The notes beneath the pieces are model-generated. The model was not told the DNA's origin, ran no database searches, and worked only from the letters and a program-made list of their open reading frames with translations. 64,000 nt of DNA from Planctomycetota bacterium (GTDB lineage: Bacteria > Planctomycetota > UBA8108 > SXIK01). Both the position numbers and the translations under genes were made by a program. Where the stretch lies: assembly GCA_965223845.1 (NCBI GenBank), contig CBDCXR010000004.1, positions 3,936,001-4,000,000 of the forward strand, in the 5' to 3' direction. Below are positions 37,640 through 47,241 of this stretch, piece by piece. The stretch's first letter is position 1; every line of letters starts with the position of its first letter.

Positions 37640-38263
37640 ATGGGAATGAAGAAGATCCTCGATCCGTACTCGCGCGCGTTCGCGATTCTCTCGCGCCACG
37701 CCGAACCGGCGTCTCGCCGGTTCGAGATTCTCACGATCCACAGTGTGCTGGTGGCGAACGAAGCGCGGACCATCGCCGAACGCTATCTCGACCGTCACCC
37801 CGATGCGGAGATCGATCTCGATTTCCTGCGCGAGGCGTCGCTCCTTCACGACATCGGCGTCGTGCGGTGTCACGCACCCGAGATCGGCTGCCAAGGGACG
37901 GAGCCCTACATTCGGCACGGCGTCGAGGGACGTCGCATTCTCGAGGCCGAAGGGCTGCCGCGACACGCCCTCATTTGCGAGCGGCACACTGGAAGCGGGA
38001 TTTCGGCCGCCGACGTGGTCGAGCAGGAACTCCCCCTCGAGCCGAAGGACTACCTTCCGCTCTCCCTCGAAGAGAAGATCATCTGCGTCGCGGACAAGTT
38101 TTACGGCAAGAAGCCGAACCGCCTCTGGCAGCGAAAGCCGCTCGAGAAAATCGAGGCGCAAATCTCATCGAAGGGCGACGGCCCGCGAATGCGCTGGGCG
38201 GAGCTTCGCGCGATGTTCCTGGACGGCATCAAGAGCGATGCCGCAGCGCCGTCGACGCCCTAA
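37640..38263 (+). CDS. HD (HDIG) domain phosphohydrolase
   Basis: HS..VA, LLHDIG, YIRHG, ERHTGSG, EEKIICVADKF. Confidence 0.9.
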   Translation: MGMKKILDPYSRAFAILSRHAEPASRRFEILTIHSVLVANEARTIAERYLDRHPDAEIDLDFLREASLLHDIGVVRCHAPEIGCQGTEPYIRHGVEGRRILEAEGLPRHALICERHTGSGISAADVVEQELPLEPKDYLPLSLEEKIICVADKFYGKKPNRLWQRKPLEKIEAQISSKGDGPRMRWAELRAMFLDGIKSDAAAPSTP

Positions 38264-38323
38264 GCGCGCGACGATCAGATCGACACTCGCTCGGCTCGAG
38301 GCCGGTAGCCGGAAGGCGTCTCC

Positions 38324-39487
38324 TCACTCCGGCTCGGGCGGGTCTCCTCGGGGCTCCTCGACGCGATCGAGCGCAACTCGCTTCACGTGCCACCGCGTCG
38401 AGCCGAAGCGGTCCGTCTCGCCGACGAACGGGACGTGCACCGCGAGTGCGCGGGATTCGATCAGCCATCCCGATGGCAGTTCGAACGAGAGCGACTCTTC
38501 CGCCGCCCAGCCGTCCGGCCGCCGCCAAAGTTCGCCCCGAGCTATGACCTGAGTGACGCCGTCGACCTTCCGCGCCTTCTCGATCTTGTAGCGAATTCCG
38601 CGCAGATCGACCGTTCCATCGCGGCGCGGTCGCTCGAGTCCGGGGGTGACGATCCGCTCGACCGCTCCGCGAAGAAGCCATTCCACCTCCGGGAAGATCG
38701 CGAGCGGGAATGCCGCCGGGAGCCTCTCCTCGAGCGTGCGACGAAACCTCGGCAGCTCGGCCTGCAATCCGCGCGAGGAAAAGCGCACCTCGATGTCCTC
38801 GCCGACGAGAAACGGGAGGCTCGCCGCGACGAGCTGCGATTCGATCATACTCCGCGCGTGGGATGAGACGAGCGGGAGGCGCCACGCGCCGGCGAGGCGG
38901 GCGACGATGTTGGTCGCTGTCCGCCGGAGCTCGGGTGTGCGCGGATCGAGGGCCCACTCGCGGTCTCGATTCGCATCGTCGACGTAGCGCGACTGAAATC
39001 GCAGGATCCGCACCCGCGGTCGGCGCGCGTCCGCAAGATCGAGCTCGAGGACGAGCCCGACCTGCACCGGATCCCCCGCCACGCCTGCGCCCTGGGCGCG
39101 ATCGAGCGCGTCGCTAAGCGGATCGTCCTGCGGAATCCTCGTTCGCGTTCGGCGGACGAACCGGCGCCGCGCGGGCGGATGGACCCAGCCCCGCGAAAAT
39201 CGGACCTCGAAGCTCGCACGCTCCGCCCCGCGCGCGAGATCGATGCCGGCCGCTGGCGAGGGGCCGTCGCGCGACTGGTCGGCGGGCGCGTCGCCGTCGC
39301 CCGCCGGTGGTCCTTTCGGTTCCCGAGGACCCTCCTCCGGCGGCGGATCCTCTCCGCGCTCGATCTCTCCGCCGGACAGGCGCACCTGTCCGAATAGGGA
39401 GAAAAGGAGCGCCGCGGTGACGGCCATCTGCCAGGTGATGGCCGAACCGAACTCTACGCGTCTCCGTCTCGCGATCGGTTCGCTCAT
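38324..39487 (-). CDS. Hypothetical exported or membrane-anchored protein
   Basis: Start reassigned to ATG 39487 (GGAGG RBS); hydrophobic N-terminal segment and Pro-rich linker; no family recognised. Confidence 0.55.
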   Translation of the reverse strand: MSEPIARRRRVEFGSAITWQMAVTAALLFSLFGQVRLSGGEIERGEDPPPEEGPREPKGPPAGDGDAPADQSRDGPSPAAGIDLARGAERASFEVRFSRGWVHPPARRRFVRRTRTRIPQDDPLSDALDRAQGAGVAGDPVQVGLVLELDLADARRPRVRILRFQSRYVDDANRDREWALDPRTPELRRTATNIVARLAGAWRLPLVSSHARSMIESQLVAASLPFLVGEDIEVRFSSRGLQAELPRFRRTLEERLPAAFPLAIFPEVEWLLRGAVERIVTPGLERPRRDGTVDLRGIRYKIEKARKVDGVTQVIARGELWRRPDGWAAEESLSFELPSGWLIESRALAVHVPFVGETDRFGSTRWHVKRVALDRVEEPRGDPPEPE

Positions 39488-39856
39488 CGTCGCAATCCTC
39501 CACCGGACGGCGCTCTCGAATCCGCTCGATCGCGGAACCGGCGATCGACGTCCGAAGCGCGCCCCTATCTTCGGACCGTCGGAGGAGGAGTTCAACCAAC
39601 GCCGGGCGAGCAACGAGAAAGAATCCGGAACGAATCACCCGGATCGAGCGAAATCCGCACCCGCCCCGCGCACGGACACGAGTCGTAGAATCGACGAATG
39701 CGATCCGGACATCGATCAGAACCGCGCGCGCTGAGCCGCGCAGGCCGTAGATTGTTCTGGGATCCGCACCGAGCATTTCGGATGATGGCGGCGCCCGAAG
39801 GCGACTCGCGGGCGCGCGAAGTCGCAATCGAGAGCAGTGCTTCCATCGGTTGCCTG

Positions 39857-39893
39857 GCGCAGCGCGAGAGAACGTTTCGCTCTGCGCTTTTTT
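39857..39893 (+). terminator. Intrinsic-terminator-like hairpin in an intergenic leader
   Basis: GCGCAGcGCGA...TCGCtCTGCGC followed by T6. Confidence 0.5.
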
Positions 39894-39986
39894 GCGACGC
39901 CGGGGTTGTTGCCGGTTCGAACTTCGATCCCTCGCACCCGCTAGTTCGTTTCCTCCTTCGCCTTCGCTGTCGGTCTCCCTCGTAGG

Positions 39987-42884
39987 GTGCTCATGATCGA
40001 TCCTCTCTCGCACCGGGGCTCGCGAGCCTGCCCGTACCTTCCCGATCTGACCTTGGCAGTCCGCTTCACCGTCGCGATCGTCGCGACCGCGGCCAGCGTC
40101 GTACCGGTCGCATCGGCGGACACCGCACGAGACGTTCCCGTTCCCCGGGCCGTACAGCCCGGCGTCGCGATTACGCTCTACGCGCGTGAGCCCGATCTCG
40201 CGACTCCCGTCGCTCTCGATGTCGACGACGCCGGTCGCGTCTGGGTCATCGAAAGCAACACGCACTTCCAGCCGCCCGAGTACGAGCGACACCCCACGGA
40301 CCGCGTCCTCGTGTTCGAAGGAAGAACGGCGGCGGGTCGTTTCGAACGCGTGTCGACGTTCACCGACGGGCTCGAGCAGGCGATGGCCCTCCGCGTGATC
40401 GGTCCCGGCGAGATCCTCCTCGCCACCCGGCGCGATGTGATGGTGCTTCGCGACACGGACGAAAACGGCCGCGCCGACAAGCGGACCTACCTCGCTAGAC
40501 TCGAGACGAAGGAGGTGTATCCGCACAACGGACTCACGGGATTCGCCGTCGACTCGCTCGGATACGTCTACTTCGCGATCGGCGAAAACATGGGAGTGCC
40601 GTACCGACTCGTCGGGACGGACGGACGCACGCAGGAGGGAGGACCGGATGGCGGCAGCATCTTCCGCATCCGGCCCGACGGGACCGAGCTCGAGCGCTGG
40701 GCCGTCGGCTTTTGGAATACGTTTCACCTCGCGTTCGACGATCGCGGACGCCTCTTCGCCGTCGACAACGATCCCGACTCTCGACCGCCGTGCCGCCTCC
40801 TCCACATCGTTCGCGGCGGCGACTACGGCTATCGGCGCTGGCTCGGACGAAAGGGCCTCCACCCGTTCACTTCCTGGAACGGCGGCCTTCCGGGGACCCT
40901 CCCGATGGTCGCCGGAACCGGCGAGGCTCCGTCGGGGATCGTCACGTACTCGCACACCGCGCTCCCGAGCGAGCTCTACGGTCAGCTCCTCGTCACGTCG
41001 TGGGGCGACTATCGTCTCGAAAGCTACCGGCTCGAGCCGGAAGGCGCTTCGTTTCGCGCGCGTCGATCGATCGTCGTCGAGGGCGACGATCGGTTTCGTC
41101 CGGTCGGGATCGCGGTCGCGCCCGACGGAGCGGTGTTCATCTCCGACTGGGTCTCGAAGGACTACCACGTTCACGCAAAGGGTCGCATCTGGCGCGTCGC
41201 CGCGGCATCGGAGACGGCGACGACGAAGGACGACGGAACCGCCGAGGGAGGATCGCTCGACGTCGACGATGCGCGAATCGCCTTCGCAAGCGAGGTGCGG
41301 CGGACGCGTGCGGAGGCGGTGCGCGCCGTCGCGCGCGAAGACGGCGGTTCGGCGATCGCGGACACGATCTTTCGCCGCGCGGTCGACTCTCCGGGTGCTC
41401 GCTACCACGCGGCCGAAGTGTTCGCGAAGCGCGGAGACTGGACCCTCGACCGGCTGACGCGCGGGCTCACCGACGCGGATCCCGACATCCGCGCGGCGAC
41501 GATTCGGCTCGCGAGCTCGACCTTCGTCGTACCGCTTCCGCGCCTGTTCGCGGCGCTCACCGACGCGTCGCCGCGGGTTCAGCTCGACGCCCTTCTCGTT
41601 CTTGCGCACCACCGCTCGCTCGCCCCGAGCCATCCGTCCGCGGCGGACGCGCTCGCACGCGTCCGTCCGTTCCTTGCGAGCGCGGACCCGTTTCTCCGCT
41701 CCGCCGCGGCCGATGTGCTCCTGCGGCTACTCGATCCCGACGCGCTCGTGCAGTCGGCGTCCGGAGCACCGCTCGAAGAACTGGACGCATGGATCGGCGC
41801 GCTCCGGCGTTCCAAGGCGGAATCGGCGCGAACGGTTCTTCCCGGACTCCTCGAGCACGAGTCGCCCGCGATTCGGCGCGCCGCGATCCAGTGGGTCGGT
41901 GAAGAAAAACTGGAGTCGTTCGCCGCGGCACTCGACCGGGCGGTCCGGCGGAGACCGCTGACGCGCGAGGTGGTCGACGCGTACCTCGCCGCGAAGACTC
42001 TCCTCGCCGGCGACTCGCCCGAGCGACACGATCAGGACGGGCGCGACGCGATGCTCGCCGCCCTTCTCCTCGATTCGAACCAACCTTCCGAGCTTCGGGA
42101 GGTCGCGGTTCGATGCCTGTCGCCCGCGAGCGGCGTGATCTACAGCAAGAGGCTCGCCGAGCTTCTTCGCGGTGACGGTGTTTCGGAATCGCTCCGGCTC
42201 GAGATCGTCCGCGCGCTCGCGACGCGCGGGGACTCGAAGTCCGTCCTCGTCGCCATCGCCGGAGACGCGGACGCCGGCATCGCCGAACGCCGCGCCGCGG
42301 TCGTCGGCCTCGCGGCGTTCCTGCCGGACGTCGACTCGGAGCTCGACCGACTCCGCATGGACGCTCCCGATCGACTTCGAACCGAGATCGACCGGGCGCG
42401 CCGATTCGCGCGCGCGCCCGCGACGAACGAGAGCTCAGCCGAGCGCCGCGCCGGGGCTCTCTCCGGCGGGAACGCGGCCGAGGGAAGATTCCTTTTCGAC
42501 TACCCGATCGGACCGCGCTGCGCGTCGTGTCACACGATCGCCGGGCGCGGAGGATCAGCGGGTCCCGATCTCACGACGATCGGGACGCGTCCGCGCGAGA
42601 CCATCGTCGACAGCGTTCTAGAGCCCGCAAAGGACGTCGCGCCACAGTTCGCTCCGTGGGTCTTCGTTACGCCGTCGGGAACGAAGAGCGGAACCGTGCT
42701 CGGCGAAGGAGTCGACGGAACCATCCTCCTCGGCCAGGCGAACGGTGAAGTCGAGCGCATCGGGAGGGAGGAGATCCTCGAGCGCCACGCGGGCGAGGGC
42801 TCCGTGATGCCCGCAGATCTCACCGCGCTGCTCACGGACGAAGAACTGCGCGACTTGATCGCATATCTCGTCGCGCAACGCTGA
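39987..42884 (+). CDS. PVC-type heme-binding CxxCH protein (dehydrogenase-like propeller, HEAT repeats, cytochrome c)
   Basis: EPDLATPV.L.VDDAGRVWV, GFWNTF.LAFD..GRLFAVDND, FRPVGIAVAPDG.VFISDW, HEAT region, CASCH...GPDLT, SVMP. Exact start uncertain. Confidence 0.88.
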   Translation: MLMIDPLSHRGSRACPYLPDLTLAVRFTVAIVATAASVVPVASADTARDVPVPRAVQPGVAITLYAREPDLATPVALDVDDAGRVWVIESNTHFQPPEYERHPTDRVLVFEGRTAAGRFERVSTFTDGLEQAMALRVIGPGEILLATRRDVMVLRDTDENGRADKRTYLARLETKEVYPHNGLTGFAVDSLGYVYFAIGENMGVPYRLVGTDGRTQEGGPDGGSIFRIRPDGTELERWAVGFWNTFHLAFDDRGRLFAVDNDPDSRPPCRLLHIVRGGDYGYRRWLGRKGLHPFTSWNGGLPGTLPMVAGTGEAPSGIVTYSHTALPSELYGQLLVTSWGDYRLESYRLEPEGASFRARRSIVVEGDDRFRPVGIAVAPDGAVFISDWVSKDYHVHAKGRIWRVAAASETATTKDDGTAEGGSLDVDDARIAFASEVRRTRAEAVRAVAREDGGSAIADTIFRRAVDSPGARYHAAEVFAKRGDWTLDRLTRGLTDADPDIRAATIRLASSTFVVPLPRLFAALTDASPRVQLDALLVLAHHRSLAPSHPSAADALARVRPFLASADPFLRSAAADVLLRLLDPDALVQSASGAPLEELDAWIGALRRSKAESARTVLPGLLEHESPAIRRAAIQWVGEEKLESFAAALDRAVRRRPLTREVVDAYLAAKTLLAGDSPERHDQDGRDAMLAALLLDSNQPSELREVAVRCLSPASGVIYSKRLAELLRGDGVSESLRLEIVRALATRGDSKSVLVAIAGDADAGIAERRAAVVGLAAFLPDVDSELDRLRMDAPDRLRTEIDRARRFARAPATNESSAERRAGALSGGNAAEGRFLFDYPIGPRCASCHTIAGRGGSAGPDLTTIGTRPRETIVDSVLEPAKDVAPQFAPWVFVTPSGTKSGTVLGEGVDGTILLGQANGEVERIGREEILERHAGEGSVMPADLTALLTDEELRDLIAYLVAQR

Positions 42885-42942
42885 GCGGCACGGAGCGAAT
42901 CGAAGCGACGAACGCGGGGTTCAACGCCGATCCACGGCGCCG

Positions 42943-44535
42943 TCAGGCTTCCTCCCCGCCCGCTCCCTCCGCCCGCCGACGGAGAGCCGCCTGCACGTCG
43001 TCGTCCGTCTCGGCCCAGCGAAAGACGAGCCCGCGGAGACTCTCCGCCGAGGGCGGCGATTGAAACCAGCTCACGACGAAGTTGACCGCCACCGTCACGA
43101 GGAACGAGATGCCCGCGATCGCGAAGAACGGTTCGTCGGCGTGGAAGAAACGGCTGTCCACGGCCAGCTTGTGGTGCACCGTGAGTCCGAGTGAAACGCT
43201 GAGACCGGCCACGAGCGCCGCGAGACCGCCCCGTCCCGTTACGCGCCGTGAGAACATCCCGGGGAGGAGGAGGCCGAGGCTCGGCCCCTGAACGATCGAG
43301 AGCAAGCTCTGGAGTGCGGCGTAGACGCCGGCGAACAACTCGGTCAGAGGAGCGGTCGCGACCGCGAGAACGAGGATTCCGAGAGTGACCATTCTCCCCG
43401 TGACGAGCAGCGAGCGGTCGTCTCCGCGGATCTTGCCGAACCCGACGAGAAAATCGCGCGTGAACAGCGTCGCGGATGAATTGAGGGCGCTGTCGACACT
43501 CGACATGAGCCCGGCGAGAAACGCGGCGACCACGACGCCGCGAACTCCGACCGGGAGGAGATCTGCAACGAGGCGCGCGAATACGGCATCGGCCTCGCCA
43601 TCGGCAACGTCCGTGTAGAGCGCGGCGGCGATGAGACCCGGCCCGACGACGACGAAGGGAACCAGAAACTTGAAGAAGCAGCCGAAGAGCGCGCCCGCTT
43701 TCGCGTTCCATTCGTCCTTGGCGCCGAGAGTACGCTGGACGATCGCTTGATTGGCGATGAAGTACGCCGGTGCGAGCACGAACGTGAGTCCGAAGAGGAT
43801 CGACGGCCACGCGTACCCGCTCCCCGAATCGGGCGAGAGGTAGAGCGTGAAGTGATTCGCGAATTCGGGCCCGCGCGACGTGACTCCCTCGTAGAGAGCC
43901 GTAAAGGCATCTGTCCCCGCTCGCTCGGCGAGCTCCGAGAGACCCAGCCAGACGACGAGCGCGCCGCCGAGAAGCATGAGCGTCACCTGAATCGCGTCGC
44001 TGTAGACCACGGCGGCGAGCCCGCCGGTGATCGTGTAGCCACCCGTGAGCGCGGCCGCGAGAAGGATGACGTTCCACCGGCCGATTCCCGCGAGCTCGTC
44101 GACGATGATCCCTGTCGACCAAAGCATGACGCCGAGATTCGTCGCGAGGTACACCGTCCAGACCAGCGTCTGAATCGCGCGGACCGTCTGACCGTAGCGG
44201 AGACCGAGGAACTCGGGGACGGAGTACACGCCCGCCCGCCAGTAGTACGGAACGAAGACGAACCCCGCGAGGATCAGGGCCGGCATGCTGCCGATCCAGT
44301 CCATGTTCGCCATCACGAGCCCGTTCTCGTAGGTCGCGCCGACGAGCCCGACGAAATCGCTCGCGCCGATATCGCTCCCGACGATCGAGAGTCCAATCGC
44401 CCAAAACGGAAGCGACCGGCCCCCGAGGAAGAGATCGCGCTGACTCTTCACGCGTCGGCCGAGCCAGACCCCGAGTACGACGATCCCGAAGAAGTAGGCG
44501 ACGACGATGAGCCAGTCGATCGGAGAGAGATTCAT
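42943..44535 (-). CDS. Sodium:solute symporter (SSS; sugar/inositol-type)
   Basis: FLGGRSLP.WAIGLS, YSVPEFL..RY, GGLAAVVYSD.IQ, NQAIVQR.L.AK, AGLMSSVDSALNS. Confidence 0.92.
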   Translation of the reverse strand: MNLSPIDWLIVVAYFFGIVVLGVWLGRRVKSQRDLFLGGRSLPFWAIGLSIVGSDIGASDFVGLVGATYENGLVMANMDWIGSMPALILAGFVFVPYYWRAGVYSVPEFLGLRYGQTVRAIQTLVWTVYLATNLGVMLWSTGIIVDELAGIGRWNVILLAAALTGGYTITGGLAAVVYSDAIQVTLMLLGGALVVWLGLSELAERAGTDAFTALYEGVTSRGPEFANHFTLYLSPDSGSGYAWPSILFGLTFVLAPAYFIANQAIVQRTLGAKDEWNAKAGALFGCFFKFLVPFVVVGPGLIAAALYTDVADGEADAVFARLVADLLPVGVRGVVVAAFLAGLMSSVDSALNSSATLFTRDFLVGFGKIRGDDRSLLVTGRMVTLGILVLAVATAPLTELFAGVYAALQSLLSIVQGPSLGLLLPGMFSRRVTGRGGLAALVAGLSVSLGLTVHHKLAVDSRFFHADEPFFAIAGISFLVTVAVNFVVSWFQSPPSAESLRGLVFRWAETDDDVQAALRRRAEGAGGEEA

Positions 44536-46460
44536 GACGCATCTCCGCTCGACGGTGCGGCGAAGTACTTATCGACCAAGTCGCGCGGTGGCCGCGGACC
44601 GGCGAGACTGCCGTACGCGCTCCCTAGGGCCGAGGCGAGAATCCCCCACACGAGCGGCTCGAAGTTGAGCAGGCGATACGGACTCGTTCCACCGGCTTCG
44701 CCGCCGACTCCCGACCACCCGAGGACGTAGAGGACGGAGCACGCGAGGAACCCGCCGAGCATCCCCGCGTAGACTCCGTAAGCGGTCATTCGCTTCCAGT
44801 AGAGGGAGAAGAACATCGGCGCGAGAAACGTGCTGCTCAGCCCCGCTCCCGTCAGGACGATGATGTTCTGCAGATACTCCGGTGGATTGAGCGCACCGAA
44901 CATCGCGACGAGGCCGACGACGAGTGTCGCGAGGTAGCTGAGTCGTCGAATGGTGGTCGCCGACGCGTTTGGCCGGATCGATCGCTGGTAGATGTCCCGC
45001 ACGACACCCGACGAGATCGCGAGAAGAAAGCTGTCGACGGTCGACATGACCGCCGCGAACGGCGCCGCGAGGATGATCCCCGCGATCCATCCCGGCGCCA
45101 TGGCGAGCACCATCCGCGGCATGGCGGAGTCCGGATCGTCGAGGGGCGGCAGGACGTAGCGTGCGCACACGAAGATCACAACGAGCGGAACGTAGATCAG
45201 CGTGTAGTAGAGCGACACGCAGAAGATGGAGCGCCGGAGCACGCTCGAGCTCGAGAACGCCATGAGGCGAACCATCGTTGTCGGCTGTCCCGTCCCCGAG
45301 AGCGCCCACATCGCAAAGAACGAGAATGCTAACGAAAGCGGGAGGAATCCCAGCTCGGACGAGGCGCTGTAGCCGGGCGCGCTCACGAGATTGTGCTTCG
45401 GGTCGTGCGTCGCACGGCTCACGCGCACCGCGGCGATGCGCGCACGTTCGCCGCTCTCTTCCGCCGGCGGGGCGAAGAAGGATGAAAACTCCGCGGCGGA
45501 CAGATCGCTCGGAAGCTCGCCGCCGGTGAGGACTCGCGTCGCGACCCGGAGGCTCCCGCCCTCGTCGAGGGTTCGCCCGCGCTCGGTAGAAAGCTCCCAT
45601 TCGGCGCCGGCGAGCGACATCGCGACAGTCGCTCGCGCCGGAATCCGGACGGATGATGCCGACGAACTCTCGACGTCGAGAGTCACGAGCCGCACTTCCG
45701 CGAGACCGCGCGTCGCCGTCTCGAGCCCTCCGGGAATCTTCGCGAGAGTGAATCCGAGAAGGAGAAGAACGCCGAAGAACATCACGATGCCCTGGAGGAC
45801 GTCCGTCCACACGACCGCGCGAAAGCCCCCGTACATCGTGTAGGCGATCACCGCCGCGCCGAAGATGACGAGCGCAGCGCAGTAGCTCGCCGTGGGCTGC
45901 GAGGCGGAGAGAAAGGAAAACGTTTCGGGCATCCAGGCGACGAGCGGCTCGATGCTCGTCAAGATCGGCGATCCATCGAGCAGGCGCTCGATGATCTTCG
46001 CCCCGGCCTTGAACTGCGCGCACAGATTGAACACGAGGAAGACGACGAGGAGAACGCTCGCGAGCACGCCGACTCCATCGCTCCGGAAGCGATCGCGGAA
46101 CACATCCGGGATCGTGATCGCACCGCTCTTTCGCGCGACCTGATTGAGTCGCTTCCCGAGCATGCCGAGCGCGCAGATCGGCACCACCATGTAGCTCGCG
46201 ATCCAGAGCGCGAGCACCCAGCCGTGCGTGTAGATCAGCGCGGGGAATCCGGTGAAGCTGCCGCCGCTCGCGCTCGTCGCGGCGTAGGTCATCGCGAGCG
46301 CCCAAAACCCGAGCCCGCGGCTCCCGAGGAAATACTCCTTGAGGAAGGAGCGACCGCGGAGGAGCCGGTGCGAGAAGAACGCGAGGACGAACACCGCGCC
46401 GGTGTAGACGACGAAGCTGACGGCCGCTTCCGACGAGAAGGACGGGGAGGCGTCAGGCAT
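44532..46460 (-). CDS. Sodium:solute symporter, PanF-like, with soluble insertion
   Basis: EYFLGSR, ATSASGGSFTG.P, GGFRAVVWTD.LQG, AAVMSTVDSFLL; follows a YhdT-like gene as panF does. Confidence 0.88.
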   Translation of the reverse strand: MPDASPSFSSEAAVSFVVYTGAVFVLAFFSHRLLRGRSFLKEYFLGSRGLGFWALAMTYAATSASGGSFTGFPALIYTHGWVLALWIASYMVVPICALGMLGKRLNQVARKSGAITIPDVFRDRFRSDGVGVLASVLLVVFLVFNLCAQFKAGAKIIERLLDGSPILTSIEPLVAWMPETFSFLSASQPTASYCAALVIFGAAVIAYTMYGGFRAVVWTDVLQGIVMFFGVLLLLGFTLAKIPGGLETATRGLAEVRLVTLDVESSSASSVRIPARATVAMSLAGAEWELSTERGRTLDEGGSLRVATRVLTGGELPSDLSAAEFSSFFAPPAEESGERARIAAVRVSRATHDPKHNLVSAPGYSASSELGFLPLSLAFSFFAMWALSGTGQPTTMVRLMAFSSSSVLRRSIFCVSLYYTLIYVPLVVIFVCARYVLPPLDDPDSAMPRMVLAMAPGWIAGIILAAPFAAVMSTVDSFLLAISSGVVRDIYQRSIRPNASATTIRRLSYLATLVVGLVAMFGALNPPEYLQNIIVLTGAGLSSTFLAPMFFSLYWKRMTAYGVYAGMLGGFLACSVLYVLGWSGVGGEAGGTSPYRLLNFEPLVWGILASALGSAYGSLAGPRPPRDLVDKYFAAPSSGDAS

Positions 46461-46758
46461 CGACGCTCTCCGCCGGCGGATCGGCGTCGGCATCGACACC
46501 GAGCTCATCGTTCTTCACGAACGCGAAAGCGAACCAGCCCGCGACGACGTTTGCGACGCACCACGGCGCGATCACACCCCAGAAGACCCACGCGGGAATT
46601 CCCCAGTGGGTCTCGAGTGTACCGGGGTCGACATCGTAGCCGTGCGAGTAGCAGTACCCGAGCGTGTAGATGCCGAAGAGCGCCCAGATGATCAGCGTTG
46701 CGATCGCCTCGCGACGGGAGTTGCGAAATACCGGATCGTCGCGCGCGGCGTCGCTCAT
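46453..46758 (-). CDS. DUF997/YhdT-family small membrane protein
   Basis: FRNSRREA...W...GIPAWVFWGVIAPW...F.FVKNDEL; overlaps the symporter start. Confidence 0.8.
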   Translation of the reverse strand: MSDAARDDPVFRNSRREAIATLIIWALFGIYTLGYCYSHGYDVDPGTLETHWGIPAWVFWGVIAPWCVANVVAGWFAFAFVKNDELGVDADADPPAESVDA

Positions 46759-47241
46759 GAGACATGGTGTACCCGATCCCACGCGGCGCGCCAAGCCGGC
46801 GCCCGGCCCAGGCTTCGGCCGAGCAGGCACGGCCGAAGCGGAGAAGTGTCCCAGTCGCGGAGCCTAGAGTTCCGAGAACGAGAGGCGTGCCCCCGAAAGC
46901 CATTTTCGCGCGGTCGGCTCAAGTCGGATCCGCCCGCGGCTCGAAGAGGAGAAAAGGGACGTATCCGATCTGGCAACGGGGCCCTGCTTTCGCTCCCGAG
47001 CGGGTCGTTCCCTCCGCGCCGAAGCGGTATGCTAACCGTGGCTAGAGACCGCGATCACGCGACTCTCGTTCGCGCGCCGACCTTCCGGGGTCGGGTGCGC
47101 GAAGGTTCAGAGCTCGCGCCGCGGTGACTCGTTTCGAGAGACGTTTTCGCGTCTACCGGTGGCGGATCCGAATCGACGACGACCCTGCCCGCGCGGCGAG
47201 CTCCTCGCAAGATCGAGACACGGCACAGAGAAGAGGCGATC

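Noticed and set aside
39910-39940. GGTTCGAAC / TTCGATCCC T-loop-like words (tRNA or selC?)
   Set aside because: No cloverleaf, acceptor stem or anticodon arm could be built; no tRNA-Sec is seen in the window.
39114-41633. 839-aa minus-strand ORF and the many other long Arg/Ser/Pro-rich overlapping ORFs
   Set aside because: Shadow frames caused by high GC3; each overlaps a well-supported gene.
46971-46988. TGGCA...TGCT sigma-54-like site before the acyl-CoA dehydrogenase
   Set aside because: GG-to-GC spacing is 2 nt too long.
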